Source: an uncultured Gammaproteobacteria bacterium (lineage in GTDB: Bacteria; Patescibacteriota; Patescibacteriia; UBA11705; DATKZF01). From it: 59,172 bases of DNA. Shown here piece by piece: positions 8,452 to 16,640 of the stretch (its first letter is position 1; the number at the start of each line of letters is the position of its first letter). Below the pieces are notes generated by a model. It did not search any database. It was given only the letters and a program-made list of their open reading frames with translations, and was not told where the DNA came from. The stretch spans positions 1-59,172 of the forward strand of contig CAYPKD010000008.1 of assembly GCA_964411255.1 (NCBI GenBank), given 5' to 3'. The position numbers and the translations under genes were made by a program.

Positions 8452-9501
8452 TTATGTAATTTTTCTAATCATTTTTATATACTTATCATTTGCTTCAGCT
8501 GGCATTACAATTTTAATATTTTCTGACAATGAACCAAGCCGTTCTTTATCAAAAATTAATTTTTTAATATATTCTAAAAATTTCTCTGCTGTTAAATCTA
8601 TCTGATTTAAAACCAATACCGCTTTTTTTGAAGAAAAATAGGTGGCATTATTAAGCTGATCATTGTTTGGCAGAGGAATTAAGACTGTAGGCTTTGACAA
8701 CGCTGATAATTCAGTTAAAGATCCAAATCCTGCCCTGGAAACGACCAAATCAGCTGCGGCATAAGCATCAGGCAATTCTTGTGTTAAAAAAACAAATGAA
8801 TGATATCTTGGGTGTTTGAAATAAAATTGTTTTCCTTTACCTGTCACATGAATAACCTGGCAAAATTCAACTAAATCAGCTATGGTCTGCCTGACAAGCT
8901 TATTTATTGCTAGAGCGCCAGTTCCACCACCCATAACAAATAGTATTGGTAAATCTGGTTCTAAGTCAAATCTTTTTATTGCTGACTGCCTTGATCCGGA
9001 AAAAATCATTTTTCTAACTGGGTTTCCTGTAACTACAACTTTCTTTTTTGAAAAATATTTTTTCAATTCTTCAAAACTAACAGTTATCTTTGTGGCAAAA
9101 GGTTTCATTAATTTATTTGCTAAACCTACTTTTAAATCCTGCTGATGAACAATAATTTTTTTTCTCAAAAGCCATCCAGCCCAGACAACTGGCACACATA
9201 CAAAACTACCTGCTGTTAATATTACATTTGGTTTATATTTTAAAATTATAACAATACTCTGAAAATATCCAGCTATAAGTAAAAAAGGATCAATAAAAAT
9301 TCTCAAACTAAAATACCGCCTTAGCTTACCAGAACTAATAGCCTTAAATGCAATACCAATTTTTAGCACCACTTCTTTCTCAGGACCCTTTTTGGTGCCG
9401 ATCCAAAGAAATTCTGCATCTTCTTTTTGCAAATCTTCTTTTAATGCCAAAAGCGGCATTACTGATCCCATTGTTCCACCTCCGGAAAATAATATTTTCA
9501 T
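8452..9501 (-). CDS. murG: UDP-GlcNAc:lipid I N-acetylglucosaminyltransferase MurG
   Basis: N-terminus MKILFSGGGTMGSVMPLLAL, internal GGGTGA loop, 349 aa, GT28 layout. Confidence 0.88.
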   Translation of the reverse strand: MKILFSGGGTMGSVMPLLALKEDLQKEDAEFLWIGTKKGPEKEVVLKIGIAFKAISSGKLRRYFSLRIFIDPFLLIAGYFQSIVIILKYKPNVILTAGSFVCVPVVWAGWLLRKKIIVHQQDLKVGLANKLMKPFATKITVSFEELKKYFSKKKVVVTGNPVRKMIFSGSRQSAIKRFDLEPDLPILFVMGGGTGALAINKLVRQTIADLVEFCQVIHVTGKGKQFYFKHPRYHSFVFLTQELPDAYAAADLVVSRAGFGSLTELSALSKPTVLIPLPNNDQLNNATYFSSKKAVLVLNQIDLTAEKFLEYIKKLIFDKERLGSLSENIKIVMPAEANDKYIKMIRKIT

Positions 9502-9502
9502 A

Positions 9503-9625
9503 TTGTTTCATTGTCTCATTGTTTCACTGAATTATTTTTGTTAAAAATTAGTATATTGAATTCATTGATTTGTTAACTATAGCATTTAATTAACAATGAA
9601 ACCATGAAACAATAAAGCCATGATC
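9503..9625. repeat. Inverted tracts of tandem octamers bracketing the comFC-murG spacer
   Basis: 9503-9526: TTGTTTCA TTGTCTCA TTGTTTCA. 9594-9625: CAATGAAA CCATGAAA CAATAAAG CCATGATC. The two tracts are roughly reverse-complementary (about 18 of 20 over ATTGTTTCATNGTNTCATTG). Confidence 0.65.
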
Positions 9626-10346
9626 AATTTCCGTGAGCCAACGCCAATACATTCACTTCCTTAACACCTGCCAGTTTTATCGCCTTTGCCGCCTCATTCA
9701 TTGTCTGTCCAGTCGTAAATACATCATCAAATAAATAAACAATTTCCGGTACTTTTTCAAACTGAGCGTAAAAAGCACCCTTCATGTTTTCAAATCTTAA
9801 TTCCCTATTCAAATTTGCCTGCTGTTTTGTATTTTTAATTCTTTGCAAGGATTTTGCATCAAAATTCATATTCAAATGCGTACTAAGATGCCTGGCAATC
9901 AACTCTGCCTGATTAAATCCCCGCTCTAAATAACGCTTTTTATGTAAAGGAACAGGAATCAACTGCTTTCCGTTCAGTTTATCATCTAAATCAGCCATGT
10001 CAACTGCTTGGGCAAACATATCTGCCAGCTTTTCAGCTACTTCTTCAACATAATCAAACTTCAAAGTACTAATAATCTGCTTAATAACTCCTTCATATGT
10101 ACCCATTACAAAAACAGTATTAAAATTAAAATTATGTCTGCACGAATCACATAGCTGATTTGAAACTGTTGCATGTTTATTGCAAACAACACAACTCTGA
10201 CCAACTGGAACTTCCAAACATTTTAAACAATCTTCACACAAAAAAGAACCCTCCTTTTTGCATCCTAAACACGTTTTAGGAAATATCAAATCAAGGAAGG
10301 GGGATATAAGTTTTTTTCCAAAATTTTTATTGCCAGTATGCGCCAT
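9624..10346 (-). CDS. comFC: ComF-family phosphoribosyltransferase-fold competence protein (ComFC)
   Basis: N-terminal Cys clusters CLGC...CEDC...CVVC...CDSC and the PRTase motif YLFDDVFTTGQT. The start overlaps the upstream ORF by 20 nt. Confidence 0.85.
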   Translation of the reverse strand: MAHTGNKNFGKKLISPFLDLIFPKTCLGCKKEGSFLCEDCLKCLEVPVGQSCVVCNKHATVSNQLCDSCRHNFNFNTVFVMGTYEGVIKQIISTLKFDYVEEVAEKLADMFAQAVDMADLDDKLNGKQLIPVPLHKKRYLERGFNQAELIARHLSTHLNMNFDAKSLQRIKNTKQQANLNRELRFENMKGAFYAQFEKVPEIVYLFDDVFTTGQTMNEAAKAIKLAGVKEVNVLALAHGN

Positions 10347-10920
10347 TAATTAGCCAACTTCCGTCTATTTTTACAAATTCGACCTTTATATTCTGTTCAA
10401 ATGTTTTTGATTCACTATTTCTTTTCTCTGTCCGCTGAGTGGTAACCACCATCACAGCCTTATCCTGACTATAACTCTCAGTCTTAACGATTGGCGCACT
10501 GGTCGTTACACCATAATATTCACCGTTAAGCGGATATTTTGTAGATAATTCTTTTTTTTGTCCAATAACCCACTGTTGCATCTGTTCTGTCAATATACTA
10601 TTAAGATCATCTAAATTTATAAAACCAGCTTGATTGGAAAAACTGCCAAATCTTTCTGCAAAAACCCTGGCCAATGTCTGAAGCTGCTCTTCATTTTTTT
10701 CTTCTTCAGTCATTTTTGGTAAATCAATTGTCTTTCTTTCAACCTCTGGGACGATCGGCTGCCTTGGCGGCGGTTCCTGTTCATTTATTACAGTTGGCGG
10801 TGTTACATCTTCTGGCTGTTGCCGAAAATATAAGAATCCTAAAACAATTGCAACCACCAGTACCACGGCGATCATAATTAAAATAATTATTTTTGCACCA
10901 ACTGATAAATTATCAAGCAT
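10327..10920 (-). CDS. Bitopic membrane protein, possible VirB8/PrgL-like component (tentative)
   Basis: One N-terminal TM, a Pro/Glu linker and a roughly 120-aa C-terminal globular domain ending VEFVKIDGSWLINGAYWQ. The call rests on this architecture and the operon context only. Confidence 0.5.
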   Translation of the reverse strand: MLDNLSVGAKIIILIMIAVVLVVAIVLGFLYFRQQPEDVTPPTVINEQEPPPRQPIVPEVERKTIDLPKMTEEEKNEEQLQTLARVFAERFGSFSNQAGFINLDDLNSILTEQMQQWVIGQKKELSTKYPLNGEYYGVTTSAPIVKTESYSQDKAVMVVTTQRTEKRNSESKTFEQNIKVEFVKIDGSWLINGAYWQ

Positions 10921-10963
10921 ATTCGATTAGATTATTTCTTAACTCAATATTATCCTTAAAAAA

Positions 10964-12880
10964 CTATTTTGTAAACTTTGTTTTAATTTTCTCTTCAGAT
11001 TCCAGCTGCCCCTTTCCTTGGGCCATTTCCTCTTCCATTTCTTTTCTCATTCGCTCGATCTCCAGCAATTGCTGAGGATCAGATGTAATCAATTGATCTT
11101 CCATTCCAGATGCAACCACTTTAATAGCAGCATGCCTGTCACCGGCAAAAAAAATGCCTTCACCTACTCCGCCTTCCAATAATAAATATCTTTCGCCTTC
11201 AGTCAGCTGGAAAGTTTCCTGTACCAAATCAATGGCTGCGGGTGTCTGCCGCAAAAGCAGCTGTAAAGCAGAATTCTGTAAAATAGCTTTCCCCTGATTG
11301 GAAACTAAAAAGTCATTTACATCCTGGGTGATAGTAGTCACACCCAAATAATATTTTCGACAACGCTTAACCAATGCGTATATAAAGTCAGCGGAATCTT
11401 TTCGTTTCATCAACCACCAAGCCTCGTCAATTACTAAAATCCTTTTCTTTAATTCAGATCGGACAACATTCCAAATATAATTAACAATGTTATAAATTGC
11501 CATCGGCCTTAATTCATCTTCTAAATCTCTGACAGAAAACACAATCAGCTGATTTCGAACGTCAACATTTGTAGGTGAATTAAATAATCCGGAAAAAGTA
11601 CCTGTTGTAAATTTTTGCAACCTAATAGCTAAATCAGCTCCTCCTTCCATTCCATCTAAAACGTCATATAAATCCTGCATTATTGGCGGATCAAATGGCT
11701 TAGTTAGATCGGTTTCCGGCGTAATGTCCTTTTTAGCAAATGTTTGAAGCAATGCTTGGTCAACAATTGAGTCTTCCTGGTATGATAAATCCCCGATCAT
11801 TAATCTTACCAAACCCTTTAATGTAATAACTGCGCTTCTAATAATATCTTCTGTAGAAGTCATCTCTCCGATAGGCCGAGGCAAGTCAAACGGATTAATT
11901 TTACTTTCAGAAGCCAGGGAAATATTGACATATGTTCCGCCGACAGCATCGCTTAAATGCTTATATTCCCTTTCTGGATCAATAATTATCACATCAGTGC
12001 CAAACATTAGCGTTCTCAGCACTTCAAGCTTAATAGCATAACTTTTTCCAGAACCAGAAGTGGCGAAAACCACTGCATTTGCATTTTGAAGCGAAAACCG
12101 GTCAAAAATTATTAAGCTATTATTATGCCTGTTAACTCCAAATAAAACACCTTTATCAGAAGTCAATTCAGCTGAAACAAAAGGGAAAGAAGAGGCGATT
12201 GGCGAAGAATTAAGGTTTGCGGTAATCATTATTTCATCATTGCCCAAAGGCACGGTCGAAACAAATCCCTGCTCTGCCTGATATAATACGCGTTTAGTAT
12301 ATACTAATTTTGAACCAAATACATCCTCTATATCAGCTGTCAGATCATCTAATTCCTTTAAACTGTTTGCATACAAAGTGGTATATAATGCAAATTGAAA
12401 AAACTTTTCAATACCCTGAGTCAGGTCATCTCTTAATTTTTCAATGTCTTGAAGAGCGGTTTCTCTCATCGGATCTCTGGGCGCGCCCTTTTCCGCATCA
12501 GCTGTCAGCTGTGCCCTTAAAACTCCAACTTTATTCCTCAATTGTTTTAATACAATTTCAGACTTTAATGGATAGAAAAACATGCTAATATCTAAAGTGG
12601 CATTATAATTGATAATTGGAGCAAACCAGCCAACACTAATATATCTTGGATAGGTTAAAACAAACAATGTCCTCAAATATTTGCCTCCAAGCCGCAGATG
12701 GTCAGGCTTAACCTCCATTGCGCTTGGGGCAATCAAATCTAAAATTGAAACGACCCCTCTTTTATAGGAACGCCTTTCTTCAATCAATTTCTTAGTCTTC
12801 TCTGCTTTAATTTCCTCAGGTTTTTTCTGTTGAGGTAGCTCTTTTTTTTCTTTTGGCTCCATGCCAATAGGTTTTATCAT
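10964..12880 (-). CDS. virB4: VirB4/TrbE-family T4SS ATPase (central and C-terminal portion)
   Basis: Walker A FATSGSGKSYAIK, Walker B ILVIDEAWWLM, upstream motif LRLGGKYLRTLFVLTYPRYISVGWF. Confidence 0.9.
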   Translation of the reverse strand: MIKPIGMEPKEKKELPQQKKPEEIKAEKTKKLIEERRSYKRGVVSILDLIAPSAMEVKPDHLRLGGKYLRTLFVLTYPRYISVGWFAPIINYNATLDISMFFYPLKSEIVLKQLRNKVGVLRAQLTADAEKGAPRDPMRETALQDIEKLRDDLTQGIEKFFQFALYTTLYANSLKELDDLTADIEDVFGSKLVYTKRVLYQAEQGFVSTVPLGNDEIMITANLNSSPIASSFPFVSAELTSDKGVLFGVNRHNNSLIIFDRFSLQNANAVVFATSGSGKSYAIKLEVLRTLMFGTDVIIIDPEREYKHLSDAVGGTYVNISLASESKINPFDLPRPIGEMTSTEDIIRSAVITLKGLVRLMIGDLSYQEDSIVDQALLQTFAKKDITPETDLTKPFDPPIMQDLYDVLDGMEGGADLAIRLQKFTTGTFSGLFNSPTNVDVRNQLIVFSVRDLEDELRPMAIYNIVNYIWNVVRSELKKRILVIDEAWWLMKRKDSADFIYALVKRCRKYYLGVTTITQDVNDFLVSNQGKAILQNSALQLLLRQTPAAIDLVQETFQLTEGERYLLLEGGVGEGIFFAGDRHAAIKVVASGMEDQLITSDPQQLLEIERMRKEMEEEMAQGKGQLESEEKIKTKFTK

Positions 12881-12881
12881 A

Positions 12882-13592
12882 TTAAGTATTATCTACGTTT
12901 AATTTATTAACGTCCACTAACACTTGTTGTTCTGCAATTCCAGGATTATACACATTATAATATAATTCAATTAAACTTTGTGTGTCTAAAATTACTGATT
13001 TTAATCCCATGCTATTCAAATTTCCCTGAATATGCCCCACTCTTTGCATTAATTCACGGTAATATTTATCAAACTTTTCCTTTTTTATCTTAATCACCTG
13101 GCCAGGTGTAAATAACTCGGACATTTTTGAAAAAAATCCTTTTGGCTTGCCAGCTTCTGCCAAAGGACTGAAAGGCACCACTAAAAAGAATTTTTTACTC
13201 ATAATATCTCCGATTTCAACCAATTCATTAACAAAAGAAATATAATTATCAATTTGTTTTTTCAACAATTCATTGGTTACTTCTTTTTCATGCTCTCTTA
13301 ATTTATTAAGATAAACGTCAATATTTAATTTTCTTGATTGAACTACTATCTGAACAGGGAATTCTAAATAATTCAAAAAACCAACATAAGCACTAACTAT
13401 TGCTTCCTGTTCTTCTTCTGACTTTAAGGCAAAATTCACGCTGGAAACCATTATAACAGATCGCAATGTGCTGTCTTTTAAAATAACTGTATCATTTTTT
13501 ATTTCAGCAATATCTAAAAAAAGCTGAGTACTTTCAGAAACACTTGTTTTTTTCAATTTATCACTTTGCATTTCTCGTTTCTTTTTTGCCAT
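12882..13592 (-). CDS. VirB4 N-terminal-domain-like protein (separate ORF)
   Basis: The segment FLDIAEIKNDTVILKDSTLRSVIMVSSVNFALKSEEEQEAIVSAYVGFLNYLEFPVQIVVQSRKLNID resembles the first domain of single-chain Gram-positive VirB4 proteins. Its stop TAA is separated by 1 nt from the next ATG. Confidence 0.6.
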   Translation of the reverse strand: MAKKKREMQSDKLKKTSVSESTQLFLDIAEIKNDTVILKDSTLRSVIMVSSVNFALKSEEEQEAIVSAYVGFLNYLEFPVQIVVQSRKLNIDVYLNKLREHEKEVTNELLKKQIDNYISFVNELVEIGDIMSKKFFLVVPFSPLAEAGKPKGFFSKMSELFTPGQVIKIKKEKFDKYYRELMQRVGHIQGNLNSMGLKSVILDTQSLIELYYNVYNPGIAEQQVLVDVNKLNVDNT

Positions 13593-13602
13593 AATATATT
13601 AA

Positions 13603-14115
13603 TTATTTTTTCTTTACCGGCTGCCCCAAAGATACTGGAGCTGGACTGGATGCCTGAACTTCACCAGCATACATACCTCCTGTATTAACAATTAAAGTTA
13701 AATCTGATAAGCGTGAACCAGTAACCGGTTCTTTTCTAGCTATGCTTAGTTTTGGTTTTTCCTCAATATCAGACTTAACTTTTTCATGCATCTGCATAAT
13801 ATAAGCTTCTTTATTCCAAATACGCAGCCTTGGGCGCAACAATGTCTGAACAAAATTTAATAAGAAGAAATGAATCGGTCTGCCATTAATTTTTGCAAAA
13901 GCTAAAGTTCCAAATATGCCAAAATCAATAATTCCGCCGGCAATCAAAGAAAGCAGGCTGCCAAAACGATAAAGCAAAAATCCAATTAAAAAGGCTGCTA
14001 AAATTAAAATAAACTGCCTGACTGTTATCGGGCCGATAATTTTATCTTCAACATCTATAAATTGTGGAACAATATACTTTGCTAATGCCATAAATGTAAT
14101 AAGTATCTGTTTCAT
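13603..14115 (-). CDS. PrgI/VirB3-like small membrane protein
   Basis: VPQFIDVEDKIIGPITVRQFILILAAFLIGFLLY followed by a second TM. It lies immediately upstream of the VirB4 ORFs. Confidence 0.7.
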   Translation of the reverse strand: MKQILITFMALAKYIVPQFIDVEDKIIGPITVRQFILILAAFLIGFLLYRFGSLLSLIAGGIIDFGIFGTLAFAKINGRPIHFFLLNFVQTLLRPRLRIWNKEAYIMQMHEKVKSDIEEKPKLSIARKEPVTGSRLSDLTLIVNTGGMYAGEVQASSPAPVSLGQPVKKK

Positions 14116-14163
14116 CCGTTGTGATCAGTTGATCTGTTTTTTCCTAATTAATAATTATATAAA

Positions 14164-15153
14164 TTAAAACTGCATTTTTTCATTTGACTCCATTATTGCC
14201 TGAAATTCTTCATATGTCATAATTTTTTCACCTTTTTCAGTTTTTTCATTTATCACTTCTTCAATTGGTTTGTTCTGCTTAATGCTTTCATAGCCGATAT
14301 TTAAATACATTTGATAAACAGGCGACTGCTGCCAGGCATTGACCCCGTCAACTTTTTTTTGAATTGACTCTTCTGCTAACAGGCCAATCCTTTCCATCAA
14401 TTCACCCATTATTTCTTCTTTATTTGATCCGAGCCGGCGCAAATTAACCAAATCCATTGATCTTAACTCATCAACCGGCCCAACCAAAGACGGGCCAAAT
14501 GTGACATCTTGTAAAACCGGCTTTTGCTCATCCAAACCGCTTAAAGTCCTTCTTGATACCTCCTGAGCTGGGGCAGCTACTGAAGATTTTTGCACAGCTG
14601 GCACTGATTGCTTTGGCTGCTTTGGCTCGTATTCTCCGCGAATAATAGCCAGCCGTTTTTTTTCAACCTCTCTTAAATATTTTTTTATTGTGCTTAAAAT
14701 AGTCTCTGCCTTTTGCTCGTCAAATCCTATTCCACCAGCAACTGCTGAAGCGGTCAGCATATATTTAACTTCAATATCTTTTCTCACTCCCCGTAACCTT
14801 GATATGATTACACTGGTTAATTTTACATTGTCATATTGTGCAGCTGAAATCTGTAATTCATCAATGATCTTTTTTGCTATTTCTTCCAGCATCTGTTGTT
14901 CAATATCCCGTTTTTCCAGCGGCATTTCTTTAACCACCTCCACTTCTGATTTTTTTTCTTCCTTTACCACTTTTTTTTCTTCTTTTTTTAATTTTTTAAC
15001 TTCTTTTGGACTTAATAACTTTACAGCTTCATCATAAGAATAAAATTTTCCCTGATAATAATACTTAAACTCGCCTTTTTCATCTCTAACCAAAACAAAT
15101 TCCTCTGCTTTAGGACTAAATTCTACATTTTTTTTACTCTTTTTTTTTTGCAT
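14164..15153 (-). CDS. Hypothetical protein in the T4SS-like operon
   Basis: 329-aa ORF with a Lys/Glu-rich N-terminus. Co-directional with short gaps. No motif recognised. Confidence 0.6.
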   Translation of the reverse strand: MQKKKSKKNVEFSPKAEEFVLVRDEKGEFKYYYQGKFYSYDEAVKLLSPKEVKKLKKEEKKVVKEEKKSEVEVVKEMPLEKRDIEQQMLEEIAKKIIDELQISAAQYDNVKLTSVIISRLRGVRKDIEVKYMLTASAVAGGIGFDEQKAETILSTIKKYLREVEKKRLAIIRGEYEPKQPKQSVPAVQKSSVAAPAQEVSRRTLSGLDEQKPVLQDVTFGPSLVGPVDELRSMDLVNLRRLGSNKEEIMGELMERIGLLAEESIQKKVDGVNAWQQSPVYQMYLNIGYESIKQNKPIEEVINEKTEKGEKIMTYEEFQAIMESNEKMQF

Positions 15154-15159
15154 ACTATA

Positions 15160-16635
15160 TCACGCCCATTTAAATTTCTTCTCAGCCATATCATAAAATG
15201 CCAGTCTACTAAATTTCTCTTCTCCTCGTCTGGTATAATGTGTATCAAAATGAGTGGCTATCCTGGCTGATTCCTCTTCAGTTAATTCTAAACGCTCTTG
15301 CAAAATATACTTTAACATATATACCACAAACTGTGGCTGTGCTGGATTAACCACGAAATCATTTACCAAATTAGCTTTTCCAATACGATTTAAATAGCTG
15401 GTTAAATAATCCCGATATCTAATATCTTCCATTAAAAGTTTTATAAATCCTCCCTTTTCAACCAAAATCATAAGTGAAGCGATTGTTTTTATTTTGTCTT
15501 TTTTCAAAAATCCGACTTCCAGTTCATCAGATATTTTTTTCAAATCATTATTAGTCGCCTCTAACAATTTTTCTTTCATTATTTCAATCCGACTTTGCTC
15601 TTCTTTGCTGCCCACATACAATTCAAAAATGTCTTTTGGCGGCGGAGCTTTTTCTTTTTCAACTTTTTCATGTTCTTTAACAAACGCTTCAATGTCTGCA
15701 ACATCCTTATCTGTAAAAGGAAATATGGCAATATCTTCTAAATTTTTTCTTTGTGCATCATAAAAGAAATTTCGGATTGCTACATATAAATCCAATGCCA
15801 TGTCTAAAAGCTGACCTTGTTCCCGGTCTAATTTTTTTGCATTATGGCTTTCAGCCATGTACTTAGCTTTTTTTATGGAAGATACAGTGCCTTCAACTCC
15901 GACGATGGCAATAAAATCCTTAAGCCAATTTCCAATTGTCGGATCAACCATTTGGTTATTAACCTCAATTTTATCTCTGGTTAATATTTCCTGATTATTA
16001 ACTAATTTCTGGAGTATACTCATCTGATATTCTTCTTTTTCTAAAAATAACATTACCACCAGCGCATTTAGATCCAATTTTGTTCGAAAATCAGCCCATT
16101 TAAGCATATCAACCACCTGATCGCTAAAAATTGCACCTATGTCTTTTGATTCTTTTTCAGGATCGCGCAACTCAAGCGGTGGCGCTTTTTCGACTTCTTT
16201 TTTTGCCTCAACTTTATCTTCTAAAATTTCATCTTCTGGTGATTTTAATTGCTTAACCATTCCCTCTTCTTTTTTTAATTCTTTTTTAAAAGCATCCATC
16301 ACTTCATAATAGTCTTCCGGTTTTGAGCCTAAACTTGTTAAATATTTACTGACCTCGCCGTTAAAATATTTATCTAAAATTAAAAATTTCCTCCCTACTA
16401 TCTCTTTAGCAATGTCTTTTGCTTTCTGAGGCGCCATTTTTAGTTTGCTTTTGAATTCTTTATCTAAATCATTGACTTTTATTTTATTAAATAAAACATC
16501 ATTAATAATATCGCGAAATATTAAACTCTTCTTTGCAGGCAATTTATACTTATTAATCAAAGCAACATTAATCCGCGCTCCATAATCAGATTCATACACG
16601 CTTTGTGCCAATTTATTTTTTAATTTATCTGCCAT
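15160..16635 (-). CDS. Hypothetical protein in the T4SS-like operon
   Basis: 491-aa ORF with 5-6 nt gaps to both neighbours. No motif recognised. Confidence 0.6.
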   Translation of the reverse strand: MADKLKNKLAQSVYESDYGARINVALINKYKLPAKKSLIFRDIINDVLFNKIKVNDLDKEFKSKLKMAPQKAKDIAKEIVGRKFLILDKYFNGEVSKYLTSLGSKPEDYYEVMDAFKKELKKEEGMVKQLKSPEDEILEDKVEAKKEVEKAPPLELRDPEKESKDIGAIFSDQVVDMLKWADFRTKLDLNALVVMLFLEKEEYQMSILQKLVNNQEILTRDKIEVNNQMVDPTIGNWLKDFIAIVGVEGTVSSIKKAKYMAESHNAKKLDREQGQLLDMALDLYVAIRNFFYDAQRKNLEDIAIFPFTDKDVADIEAFVKEHEKVEKEKAPPPKDIFELYVGSKEEQSRIEIMKEKLLEATNNDLKKISDELEVGFLKKDKIKTIASLMILVEKGGFIKLLMEDIRYRDYLTSYLNRIGKANLVNDFVVNPAQPQFVVYMLKYILQERLELTEEESARIATHFDTHYTRRGEEKFSRLAFYDMAEKKFKWA

Positions 16636-16640
16636 AAATA

